From Heptranchias perlo (lineage: Eukaryota), in NCBI RefSeq assembly GCF_035084215.1, contig NC_090347.1, positions 39,990,001 through 40,054,000 on the forward strand: a stretch of 64,000 bases of DNA. Reading direction: 5' to 3'. The translations under genes were made by a program, and so were the position numbers. Under the pieces are notes generated by a model. That model worked only from the letters and a program-made list of their open reading frames with translations. It was not told where the DNA came from and did no database searches. This document shows positions 35,296 through 47,500 of this stretch, in pieces. Position 1 is the stretch's first letter, and each line of letters opens with the position of its first letter.

Positions 35296-36145
35296 GGGTG
35301 TTAGCCGTGGCTCAGTCAGTAGCACTCTAGTCTTTGAGTCAGAGGGTTGTGGGTTCAAGTCCCACTCCAGTGCTTTTCTGAGGGAGTGCTGCACTGTCAG
35401 AGGTGCTGTCTCTTTGATGAGGCATTAAACTGAGACCTCAGGTGGATGTAAAAGATGCCATGGCACTATTCAAAGAAGAGCAGGGGTGTTCTCCCTGGTA
35501 TCCTGGCCAATATTTATTCCTCTCAAGTGGATGTAAAAGATCCCACAGCACTATTCGAGTTCTCTTCGGTGTCCTGGACAATATTTATCCATCAAACAAC
35601 ACCTAAAACAGATTATCTGGACACTATCACATTGCTGTTTGTGGGGCCTCGCTGTGCGCAAATTGCCGTGTTTCCTACATTACAACAGTGACTACACTTC
35701 AAAAAAAGTATTTCATTGGCTGTGAAGCACTTTGGGACATAAATGCAAGGTTTTCTTTTTAAAGATGAAAATTTACCCGAGCACATCCTCTGACTCACAA
35801 TGAGCAATGCCACAGGAGATCCACAAGTAATATTATCACAGTGGGGGGTCTAGTGCACATTTCCTGTTTATTCCATTTCTTTGTCACACTTCAAGTGGGT
35901 CTAGTCCAAACAGAGCAGAGAAGTGTGCTGGCCAGCATTCATTAATCAAACAAAACCTTCAAAACAGTGTATCTGATCACCGATCTCATTTGCTGTTTGT
36001 GGGACCTTGCTGTGCGCAAATTGGCTGCTTCATTTGCCCACATAACAACAGTGACTACACTTCCAAATTAGTCCATTGGCTGTGAAGCACTTTGGGAAGT
36101 TCTGAGGATGTGAAAGACGTTATATAAATGCAAGTTCTTACTTTC
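35296..36145 (+). mobile_element. Two SacSINE1-like pieces: 35296-35760 (internal duplication) and 35965-36145 (tail)
   Basis: gtggatgtaaaagat...cactattc occurs twice in the first copy; SINE tails present in both. Confidence 0.8.
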
Positions 36146-36516
36146 TTTACTCCTCCTCCACTGCTCACTTCCCCATCCCCTTAACTGCTTCCTCACGTCC
36201 TCCCGAATCCTTACAAATCCAACCCCCCTCTCCCAAATGAGCAATGGCACAGGCGATCAACTGGTAATATTATAAAAATATACACCTACTGTATTTTCCG
36301 CCATTTGCCTCAGGTTCATTGGTGACCAATGACTCGCTCTGCCACTGGTTAAGCCGTCCAAGTGTGGGAAATTTGAAGCTGCAGATTTAAATGGCTGCCA
36401 AGGAGAAGTGGGTCACAACCAACCAAGTCCCAGCAACAAACGTGCCCGACCAAGGCCAGCGGAATCACCTGAGGTCTGGGCTCCCCACGACCAAACCTGA
36501 GATTGTAGCGCCCGGG

Positions 36517-39500
36517 GCTGACACTGTGGGTCACATTGGTTTGTGAGACTGGGTCTGGGAGTGACACTGTGGGTCACAGTGGTTTGTGAGACTGGGTCTG
36601 GGAGTGACACTGTGGGTCACATTGGTTTGTGAAACTGGGTCTGGGAGTGACACTGTGGGTCACATTGGTTTGTGAGACTGGGTCTGGGAGTGACACTGTG
36701 GGTCACAGTGGTTTGTGAGACTGGGTCTGGGAGTGACACTGTGGGTCACATTGGTTTGTGAAACTGGGTCTGGGAGTGACACTGTGGGTCACATTGGTTT
36801 GTGAGACTGGGTCTGGGAGTGACACTGTGGGTCACAGTGGTTTGTGAGACTGGGTCTGGGAGTGACACTGTGGGTCACATTGGTTTGTGAGACAGGGTCT
36901 GGGAGTGACACTGTGGGTCACAGTGGTTTGTGAGACTGGGACTGGGAGTGATACTGTGGGTCACTTTGTTTTATGAGACTGGGACTGGGAGTGACACTGT
37001 GGGTCACTTTGTTTTATGAGACTGGGACTGGGAGTGACACTGTGGGTCACAGTGGTTTGTGAGACTGGGTCTGGGAGTGACACTGTGGGTCACAGTGGTT
37101 TGTGAGATTGGGACTGGGAGTGACACTGTGGGTCACAGTGGTTTGTGAGACTGGGACTGGGAGTGATACTGTGGGTCACTTTGTTTTATGAGACTGGGAC
37201 TGGGAGTGACACTGTGGGTCACAGTAGTTTGTGAGACTGGGAGCGACACTGACACTGTGGGTCACAGTGATTTGTGAGACTGGGAGTGACACTTCGGGTC
37301 ACAGTAGTTTGTGAGACTGGGAGCGACACTGACACTGTGGGTCACGGTGATTTGTGAGACTGGAACTGGGAGTGATGCTGTGGGTCACGGTGATTTGTGA
37401 GACTGGGAGTGATGCTGACACTGTGGGTCACTGTGGTTTGTGAGACTGGGACTTGGAGTGACACTGTGGGTCACGGTGATTAGTGAGACTGGGAGTGACG
37501 CTGACACTGTGGGTCACAGTGGTTTGTGAGACTGCGACTGGGAGTGACACTGTGGGTCACAGTGGTTTGTGAGACTGGGACTGGGAGTGATGCTGTGGGT
37601 CACTGTGGTTTGTGAGACTGGGACTGGGAGTGATGCTGTGGGTCACAGTGATTTGTGAGACTGGGAGTGACCCTGACACTGTGGGGTCACAGTAGTTTGT
37701 GAGACTGGGACTGGGAGTGACACTGTGGGTCACTGTGGTTTGTGAGACTGGGACTGGGAGTGACACTGTGGGTCACTGTGGTTTGTGAGACTGGGACTGG
37801 GAGTGATACTGTGGGTCACTTTGTTTTATGAGACTGGGACTGGGAGTGACACTGTGGGTCACTTTGTTTTATGAGACTGGGACTGGGAGTGACACTGACA
37901 CTGTGGGTCACAGTAGTTTGTGAGACTGGGACTGGGAGTGACACTGTGGGCCACAGTAGTTTGTGAGACTGGGACTGGGAGTGACACTGTGGGTCACAGT
38001 AGTTTGTGAGACTGGGAGCGACACTGACACTGTGGGTCACGGTTATTTGTGAGACTGGGAGTGACACTTCGGGTCACAGTAGTTTGTGAGACTGGGAGCG
38101 ACACTGACACTGTGGGTCACGGTGATTTGTGAGACTGGAACTGGGAGTGATGCTGTGGGTCACGGTGATTTGTGAGACTGGGACTGGGAGTGATGCTGTG
38201 GGTCACGGTGATTTGTGAGACTGGGACTGGGAGTGATGCTGTGGGTCACGGTGATTTGTGAGACTGGGAGTGATGCTGACACTGTGGGTCACAGTGGTTT
38301 GTGAGACTGGGACTTGGAGTGACACTGTGGGTCACGGTGATTAGTGAGACTGGGAGTGACGCTGACACTGTGGGTCACTGTGGTTTGTGAGACTGGGACT
38401 GGGAGTTACGCTGACACTGTGGGTCACAGTGGTTTGTGAGACTGGGACTGGGAGTGACACTGTGGGTCACAGTGGTTTGTGAGACTGGGAGTGATGCTGA
38501 CACTGTGGGTCACAGTGGTTTGTGAGACTGAGACTGGGAGTGACACTGTGGGTCACTGTGGTTTGTGAGATTGGGACTGGGAGTGACACTGTGGGTCACT
38601 GTGGTTTGTGAGACTGGGAGTGACGCTGACACTGTGGGTCACAGTGGTTTGTGAGACTGGGACTGGGAGTGACACTGTGGGTCACAGTGGTTTGTGAGAC
38701 TGGGACTGGGAGTGATGCTGTGGGTCACAGTGGTTTGTGAGACTGAGACTGGGAGTGACACTGTGGGTCACAGTGGTTTGTGAGATTGGGACTGGGAGTG
38801 ATGCTGTGGGTCACAGTGGTTTGTGAGATTGGGACTGGGAGTGATGCTGTGGGTCACAGTGGTTTGTGAGACTGAGACTGGGAGTGACACTGTGGGTCAC
38901 TGTGGTTTGTGAGACTGGGACTTGGAGTGATGCTGTGGGTCACGGTGATTTGTGAGACTGGGAGTGACGCTGACACTGTGGGTCACAGTGGTTTGTGAGA
39001 CTGGGACTTGGAGTGACAATGTGGGTCACGATGATTTGTGAGACTGGGAGTGACGCTGACACTGTGGGTCACAGTAGTTTGTGAGACTGGGACTGGGAGT
39101 GATGCTGTGGGTCACAGTAGTTTGTGAGACTGGGACTGGGAGTGACACTGTGGGTCACTGTGGTTTGTGAGACTGGGAGTGACACTGTGGGTCACAGTGG
39201 TTTGTGAGACTGGGACTGGGAGTGATGCTGTGGGTCACTGTGGTTTGTGAGACTGGGACTGGGAGTGACACTGTGGGTCACAGTGGTTTGTGAGACTGGG
39301 AGTGATGCTGACACTGTGGGGTCACAGTAGTTTGTGAGACCGGGACTGGGAGTTACGCTGACACTGTGGGTCACAGTGGTTTGTGAGACTGGGACTGGGA
39401 GTGACACTGTGGGTCACAGTGGTTTGTGAGACTGGGAGTGACACTGTGGGTCACAGTGGTTTGTGAGACCGGGACTGGGAGTGACACTGTGGGGTCACAG

Positions 39501-39697
39501 TGGTTTGTGAGACTGGGAGTGACACTGTGGGTCACAGTGGTTTGTGAGACTGGGAGTGACACTATGGGTCACAGTGGTTTGTGAGACTGGGACTGGGAGT
39601 GACACTGTGCGTCACTGTGGTTTGTAAGACTGGGACTGGGAGTGATGCTGTGGGTCACTGTGGTTTGTGAGACTGGGAGTGGGAGTGATGCTGTGGA
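36517..39697. repeat. Minisatellite, ~37-49 bp unit GACACTGTGGGTCACAGTGGTTTGTGAGACTGGGACTGGGAGT, roughly 75 units
   Basis: Direct tandem array with unit variants and no unique spacers. Confidence 0.97.
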
Positions 39698-40299
39698 CTG
39701 AAGGCCTGAAGAGTATGTCTAAATTTAGGGCATTTGTGGGCAAGTGGGTATGACCCAGGTAGGAGGGCACTGCAGCCAATCCCCTTCCTAAATTTGATAC
39801 ACCTTTAAAACATTGCACTATAGATATGAAACTGAACCACACAGAAAGGTCCTGGGTTTGATCGATGGCCTCTGTTGGGCCAAGCAATTCTCAGCCAGGC
39901 AGGTGATAGAGGCATTATAATTATCCCAGTGGCTCTGATCTAGGGAGTTCACTCAGGCCGATTCCAGCACTCCCACCACCACTTGGAACCAAATCAGTAC
40001 AAACCAGGGACCTTCCTAGTCTGTAGTGCTCAGTACCAAAGTGAGCAGTATTTACCTGCTGAGCTATCGGGGGGAGGAGAGGGGAGCTCATTTGAAAGCA
40101 GTGACTCTGCGACCCAGCACTCCCAGCAGGCTGCTGAATTGGGAGCATTGGGAATGCCAAATCATGGTATCAACCCCACTAACTACCAAATTCCCATCCA
40201 CCGGCTCAGCAGTGACGATGGGGCCGAATGAATTCAGTGCATTATTGCCAGTTCTGAACTAGCCTGGCTGCTTCAGTCATCTGCATCCTTTTCTGTGAC

Positions 40300-40690
40300 A
40301 AGTCGCTCTTGATATTGTCTATTCAATGCTTCCTTGGTCTTCCTCAGCTTCTTGTTCCATGATCCTATGTGTGCAGGGCCACGAAAGGTATTCTAGCTGT
40401 TTCCATTCTTGAAATGGGCTCAAAGCCATTGCAGTGGTCTTTCTTGGACCTTCTTGTTTCTTGTCCATGTTCTTGTTATATCATTCTTGATTCTTTCCAA
40501 CATGGATACTCCCGGTATTTCTCTCAACCAACTCATCTCCGCTGTTAATATCTTTTGCTCATCAACTTTTCTCGTGTTTCAGCACTCAGATCCGTATAAT
40601 AATATGTGGATAACCATTGTTTCATAAACTCTTACCTTCGTTTTTACCGCAATGTCTTTAGCCTTCCATATCCTGCTTAATCCAGCTATT
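40300..40690 (-). mobile_element. RTE-clade LINE C-terminal fragment, old
   Basis: Minus-strand translation LSRIWKAKDIAVKTKVRVYETMV..LLYGSEC...EMSWLREIPGVSMLERIKN...GRPRK. Confidence 0.75.
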
Positions 40691-41037
40691 AGGAACCAAC
40701 CCTAATAGCTTATAAGGAAAGCAAAAGCATATCCCAGAGCCGATACTGGTGACACACATGTTATCCTTATGGACCCAGACCCGACTGGGGAGCTTGTCGG
40801 AGCCATAACAGGATCAGCTCTGTTGGCAACGTTTGCTTTGAAGTTTACAACAGGAGACTTTTTTTTTCATTTAATGCTCGTTGTTTTACTGAGAAGTCTA
40901 ATTGAAGGACCAAGGCTTGTAGTGAAGGATAGGGTCAAGGGGCAAATAAATAGGAGAGAAGATTAGCAGCTGGGAGGGGTACGGTAGGGGAAGGGTCGCA
41001 ATGGATATAAGGCGGGTTTTCCCCGCTTTGTACTCAC

Positions 41038-41423
41038 TAGGTTGCCAACCCTCCAGGATTGCCCTGAAGTCTCCTGGAATTAAAGATGAATCTCCAGGAC
41101 AGTACTGCGAACAAACCTGGAAAAAAATCATAGGGTCATTAAATAAATTGTGTTTTTTTTCATTTTCTTTGAACACTTTTGTTTACTAGTTATAAAAGTA
41201 ATGGAGATGGGGGGAAAAAGCTGTTTGACTGACAGTCAAGAATCGGCCAATTGGGTTAACGAAGAGTCTGTTTGCTCTCCAATTGGGCACGGGGAAGGTG
41301 GTGCTCTGCGATGATGGACATGTTGGGCGACCAATGGCCGGAGCGTGGGGGCGGGGCAGTTGGAGGTGGGAGGTCATGTGATAAAATCTCCAGGAATACA
41401 CCCAACCAGAGTTGACAACCCTG
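41038..41423 (+). mobile_element. hAT (Blackjack-like) MITE, copy 2
   Basis: Perfect 8-bp TSD GTACTCAC (41030-41037 and 41424-41431); terminal inverted repeats. Confidence 0.88.
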
Positions 41424-41592
41424 GTACTCACACAGACCTTTTTGGCCAATACCAGTGAACAGAGAAAGATTTACATGGAGGCAAATCGAGTAGTGGCAAT
41501 ACTGGCCCTTTGCCTCTGGGACCTGGGTTCAAATGTAGCCCAGACTGATGGAATGAAAGATTCCACTATGTGCAGGTAGTAAGGCTCTTACT

Positions 41593-42110
41593 CGAGCACA
41601 TAATCCAGGCCGAGACTTCACAACAGGACCGAGGGAGCGTTGCACCGTGGGACATGCCATCCGATGAGACATTAATCTTTTCTGGTGGATATAAAAGATC
41701 CCACCGTACTGGTTGCAGAGGAACTGGGGAGTTCTCCCCAGTGTCCTGGTCAGCATTTATCCCTTTATCAATAGCACTAAAAACAGATGATCTGGTCATT
41801 ATCACATTGCTGTTTATAGGACCTTGTGCAGATTGGCTGCCATGCTCCCTATCCAACAGTGACTACACTTCAAAAGTATTTCATTGGCTGAGAAGCACTT
41901 TGGGATGTACTGAGGTTGTGAAAGATACTATATAAATGCAAGTTCTTTCTATTCATCGAATTTTGCTGTTTGTGGGATCTTGCTGTGCACACATTGACCA
42001 CTGCATTTACCTACACAATAACTGTGACGTCACTTCTAAAGCATTTCATTGGGTGTGCAGCGCTGTGGGTTGCCTTGACAATGAGATGAGGCGCTTTATA
42101 AATACAAATT
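41593..42110 (+). mobile_element. SacSINE1-like SINE plus a second tail fragment
   Basis: Diverged core and two tails. Confidence 0.75.
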
Positions 42111-43174
42111 TTTTTGTCCTTATAAGCAGAAAAATCCAGTTGTTACTGAGGCATTCTGTTCTGCTCTCCCCTCCACTCTCCTCCCCCTTCATTCTCAAAG
42201 CTGTCACAAGTCACGTGCATTGCTGTGGAAGAAACGAAAGACAAATACACCACCACAACCTTTCTCACTACAGAACCTGAGATGTACTGGACCGACCGGC
42301 TTGTTGCCGGCCTTGTATGTGCGCCTCGATGCAATAACACAAGTGACCAACAGAGGGACGAAGCTACACAACCAAAGAAAACTCCTAAGAACTGATGGAG
42401 AAACAGGCTTTGTGCATCTCCGTTCACACATGAGGTCTTGCTGCCCTGGCGTAAGTCTGGCGTTGCCAATTGGCCACCCATTACAGAAACCGCCTGATTT
42501 TCATTCCCAATAAATTTCAATGGCGCTTCCCCACCGGGCCCAGGCGACTAGCGATGAAAAGCCAGCCTCATTTGTAAAAAGTGGTTTTAATATTTTTATA
42601 TTGTTGAGAAAGTGCCCCAAATTTCTGATTTAAAACGGTTTGCCCCTTTATTGCTCTAGTTGGCATTGTTGGCCTGCCCACCAGTTGCCGAAACACTACA
42701 CAAGGTGCCCAGGCGGAAGACAGAGGAGTAGAAATCCGGCTTGGGCGGCAGTGCAAGACGGGCGGTAAGGCATGGGCCAACCGTTACACTCCCCGCACGA
42801 TATACATCGCAGTCACCGGAACAGAATATCAGGCGGGGCTTGTAACGGGTGGCCGAGGCCATGCCGCCTGGTTTGTGCTGCCGCCCCATGTCAAATTTCA
42901 ACTCCCAAGAGCCCCATTTCACAGTGGGAAAGTGAAAGTCCTTCCTCTGCTCCTGTAACGGCGACAATGTTTTGCCTTATATGGAAAGGAGGAACGTACA
43001 TTTATATAGCGCCTTTCATGTCCTCAGGACGTCCCAAAGCGATTCACAGCCGATATAATGAGTCCAAGGTTTTTGCCTCCATCTCCCTTCCTGGAAGTGC
43101 ATTCCATATTCCATGGTTGCCAGATCTAGCTGGAAGGGGCCGTTGAAAAGTGAGAACACATTGGATGAGTATCG

Positions 43175-43400
43175 TAGAATCAAACAGCACACAAGGAGTC
43201 CATTCGACCCATCAGGCCCATGCCGGTTCTTTGAAAGAGCTATCCAATTAGTCCCACTCCCCTGTTCTTCCCCATAGCCCTGTAAATTTTTCCTTTTCAA
43301 GTATATATCCAATTCCCTTTTGAAAGTTACTATTGAATCTGCTTCCACCACCCTTTCAGGCAGCGCATTCCAGGTCATAACAACTCGTTGTGCAAAAAAA
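43175..43400 (-). mobile_element. CR1 3' end
   Basis: FFAQRVVMTWNALPERVVEADSIVTFKRELD. Confidence 0.88.
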
Positions 43401-44924
43401 GTCCCGTCATCTGCCCCTTGGTAGCGAGACCATGCGACATAACCACTGTATTGCGTCTGGGGGAGACTGGACACCACGAGAACGGTTATACGTCCAGTTC
43501 TGAGTCAATGTGGCAGTGTTCAGAACAGCACCGAGCTCAGTGAGGCCATTTCACATCAGTCTGATTTCCCAAAGAGTGCGGTATAACTCCAGTCTAAGGA
43601 TCCTTTAATTATATTCCAGAGGTCCCTCAGCCAACAGAGGTTGACACAGAAGAATTTATTGCTGCTCCCTGTACTTCATAGCTGATGGCTGATAGCCACT
43701 GATTGCTAAATTTAAACCCGGGTCTTTTGAAGCGTTTTCAATTTATAAGATTCAAATGATGGCAATTTGTCATTTCTTTACTCGTTGATTGATGAGGTTT
43801 GGGCCGCTGCTGTCTGATAGCAGCTGGCTGTGGCCAGAAGAGCAGGTGTTAGAGGTGATTATGAGACAGAGCAGCATCTGATTCTACGGATGGCTCAGCT
43901 GATGTAAGCCTGAGCCTCGAAATGTGGAGGAGAATGTAGGCAAAGCATGTGGGAATGAATGGTGGGGATCTGGGGCAGAGACGGTTCAGGTAACCAGGGG
44001 ACGGGGAGCTGATGGGGTCTACGGATGGTGATCAGATGCAATATTAATAGGACTGGCTCTTATGTTTAATATTACATAAGGACATTAAAAAGGCCAAGGG
44101 CAAGAAGCTGCCATTTTCAACTTGCCCAGTGTATTTGCCTCTCAAACCTTTCTGACAGATTACTCTAAATGTTTCTGACTCTGAGTAAAGAAATTCTTCC
44201 TGGTATCTGTTTTAAACTTACTCTCCTAATTTCCAATTTCTTATCCTCGGAAAGCTATTTAATTTGAAGTAATATTCTGCGTTTACTTCACCGAGATTAT
44301 TCAATGCTCTGTCAGGGTGATTCCACAGTCGGCACTCCAGGCCGGGAGAGTGCCTCGCAGGCATGCAGCCCTTCCTTGTCTGGGGCATTCAAATTAAAGC
44401 ACAGGCTACCCACCCCAGGCTACGCCATCCCCCCGCCCCCCCCCTCCCCCACACCATGGTCAAGTAGTCTGCAGACCGGAGGGTCGCTGCCATCCGTGGA
44501 GCTGTACCCCAACATGAGCTAGCCTCTTCTATAGAGAAAGGGGGTAAATTGGGGGCAGGGGGGGGGGGGGTGGAATTAATAATTTTATAGAATGAACTGG
44601 GGCGGGGGGGGAATTTTCACCCTCCCCAGTTGGGCAGTAAATCAGCAGAGCGAATAACTCGGCCGATACAGAAATCAATAGCAATGATGATCGGGCGGGA
44701 TCTATAACGGGCGGCAGGTTGAAAGTCTACTTCATGGACTAATGACACCCTGGGCCAAGGGACCAGAGAAGAGACATAAACTGTAGGGTTCATTTAAAGT
44801 GAAGGATGCAAAATTGATGGCGTCGGAATTAATCCAGTGTTGTCTGAAGTCCTGGATGGAATGACCATGACAATCGACTTCAATGAGTTTGGTTGAATTT
44901 TATGTGCAGCAGGGAACTGATTTA

Positions 44925-45330
44925 GGTGGCACTCTCGTCTCGGAGTTGGAAGGACATAGATTCAAGCCCCATTCCAGAGACTTGAGCACGTAATCCAGGC
45001 TGACTCTTTAGTGCAGTACTGAGGGAGTGCTGCATTGGCAGAGGTATTGTTTTTTTGGAAGAGACGTTAAACTGAGGACCCATCTGCCTTCTGTGCTGGC
45101 TTTAAAATATCCCATGGCACTACTCGAAAAAGAGCAAGGGAGTTTTCCTGGCCAACATTCACCCCTCAACCAACATCACAAAAACAGGTTATCTGGTCAC
45201 TTGTTTCAATTGCAAATTGGCTGCCAAGTTTGCTTACATTACCACTTTGACTACAAAAGTGCTTCATTGGCTGCGAAGCACTTTGGGACATTCTGAAGTC
45301 ATGAAAGGTGCTGCATAAATGCAAGTTCTT
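44925..45330 (+). mobile_element. SacSINE1-like SINE
   Basis: Head, core and tail all recognisable. Confidence 0.85.
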
Positions 45331-45899
45331 TCTCCCTTAGTGGAGAGTTGAGGAGCTTCCTCAGAAAGAAGGAACTCCTACGTGAAGGATGGAGGGCATG
45401 TAACAGATGGGGATCGAAACTATTGGCATGAAGGATAGAAACAGACACTGGGAGCTTTTTTTAATTGAAAAACCGAGGACATGATCAAGGTTGGAAAGAA
45501 TAAAGGAGACTAGATAAATCAAGCAGTAGTGATAAGGTGATATCAAGTTTGGTTTTTTAAAAGCCTGAAGATTGTAGGAAGAAACAGGACTGAGACAGGT
45601 GAAGAGTTTTATTGTTTTCAGAACCTGGGAAAGAATGAATTTAAATCAGATTTTGCAGGGGAGGAGGTGGAGGCTAACAAATTGGTAAACCTCATTGAGC
45701 TAATGCTCATTGCTGACCAAGTGGCAGGGGGAGATAGAGTTCTGGGTAGAGAGAACTGCAAATGTAATGAAAGTTTCAATGGGAATAAGTAGATGTTAAA
45801 GGATAAGCAAAATCTGGTGCAGGGAACATTTAGAATAAGCTGTTGGAATTTGTATCTTGGGCCAATGTTGGCATTAGAGCAACATGGTCAACAGAGAAT

Positions 45900-46460
45900 G
45901 CACAAGAGATGGAGCTAAGGCAGTGCAGAATGTTTTGCAAAGACCAACCTGTTGAGATAGGAGAAGGAGCAGCATTAGTGGCAAAGGATGGTGTGACTGG
46001 TACTTAGAGAGCATAACCAACAGAAGGGAAGATGGCTGAAGCAATTTGGGTGGAAACGAATGATCATGAAGTCAACAAAGTAATAACTGGCAAACTCTGT
46101 CAACCAACAACTCAAACTAAACAGGCAGACAAAGAGAAAGAGAGAGATGTTTAGGGAGGTTAGTGAGAAATGATAATACAGTAATTATGGGGCAATTTGA
46201 ATTTTTCAGCAGTATAGTGAATGGATTTGAGACAACTGGAAGAGGGGAGTTGCACAAGCAACTTCCTAAAGGTAATCAATGACTACGCCTTAACAGAAGG
46301 ATACTAGAGCAGGTTTAGTGTATATTAGTCCTTCAGAACCAATTAGCACCATAGAAATGATGTGGAGTATAACCTGGTGTTGTAAGACTCCTTACATTTG
46401 TCCACCATAGAAATGGGTGAACATGTGGGCCTCAGTGATCATGATTTGATATCACAATAA
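45900..46460 (+). mobile_element. Highly degenerate CR1-type endonuclease remnant
   Basis: Traces in the expected order: GAALVAK, EAIWVE, VIMG.F, FLKVIND, GEHVGLSDHDLI. Confidence 0.55.
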
Positions 46461-46499
46461 AGGATAAGGCCAAAAATAATAAAACAGTTGTGCAAGGGT

Positions 46500-46611
46500 T
46501 TGGAAGAGCAAACTTTGGTGCTAGGAGGAGAGCTCCAGGAAGGAAGGAAAAGTATTTTGGAAGAGCAAACTTTGGTGCTATGAGGAGAGCTCCAGGAAGG
46601 AAGGAAAAGTA
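46500..46611 (+). repeat. 57-bp tandem duplication
   Basis: ttggaagagcaaactttggtgcta..gaggagagctccaggaaggaaggaaaagta occurs twice. Confidence 0.9.
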
Positions 46612-47039
46612 CTTTAACAGACGTGGAAAGGAAGTACATCACTTTGAGAAATGAACCAAACAGATCAGAAACATCTTAAAGGTGATAATAATCATTAAAA
46701 AGAACAAAAAGCAATCAAATAGAAGCCAATTGGAAATGACTATTAGAAGATGCAGGAAGACCACAGAATGATATGTGGTGGATAATTACAGGAGGAACAA
46801 GTACTGACTCTTTAGTCCATTGAATAATGGGCCATTTGCAATCTTCAGTGTCAAGGATTCATCGAATTTATTTAAGAGAAGATTTTCTTCTTTAGCGCTG
46901 GGAATGCAAATCAGGAAGTTGTGCATCCGCAGCCACAGAATGGGGTATGTAATTGGCCAATATGCGGTAAAGCGGAAAATTTACTCTTTAATCTCCTGAG
47001 AGAGGCGAGAGATCACAGGTGACGAAGAGAAAAATTTTA

Positions 47040-47235
47040 AAAAGCAAAGAAACTGCTGGATATGCACAGCAGGATCATCAGGGTTGGAGGGAGATGTAGG
47101 GGCTTCTCCAGCCTGGCCCACCCAGTTCTGAAGAAACTCCGCACCTGAAACTTCTCTTTCTCTTTATAACACTGATTGATCTTTTGTGCCTTTCCAGCAT
47201 TTTCTATTTCTGATTCAGATTTCCAGCATTCACAG
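47040..47235 (+). mobile_element. Degenerate Penelope-derived inverted-repeat element
   Basis: Arms aactgctgga...cagcagg / tttccagcattttct...tcagatttccagca; CTGAAGA...GAAA core. Family assignment from recollection. Confidence 0.5.
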
Positions 47236-47242
47236 ATTCTTC

Positions 47243-47500
47243 CCTTTCAGGCAGTGCATCCCAGCTTGTATCACCTCGCTGCATAAAAAAATTTCTCCTC
47301 ATCTGGGCTTCTGGTTCTTTTGCCAATGATCTTAAATCTGTGTCCTCTGGTTACCAACCATCCTGCCAGTGGAACAGTTTCTCCTTACTTACTCTATCAA
47401 AACCCTTCATAATTTTGAACACCTCTGTTAAATCTCCCCTTAACCTTCTCTGCTCTTAAGGACAACGACCCCAGCTTCTCTAGTCTCTCCACAAAACTGT
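47243..47500 (-). mobile_element. CR1 3' fragment
   Basis: Matches the 15280-15540 CR1 segment. Confidence 0.85.

Noticed and set aside
36517-39697. CRISPR array or mucin-like coding repeat
   Set aside because: No unique spacers, no cas genes, vertebrate context; unit lengths mostly break frame.
42200-42395. Possible exon after a pyrimidine tract (SQVTCIAVEETKDKY...)
   Set aside because: No recognisable homology, a stop in frame and no convincing donor.
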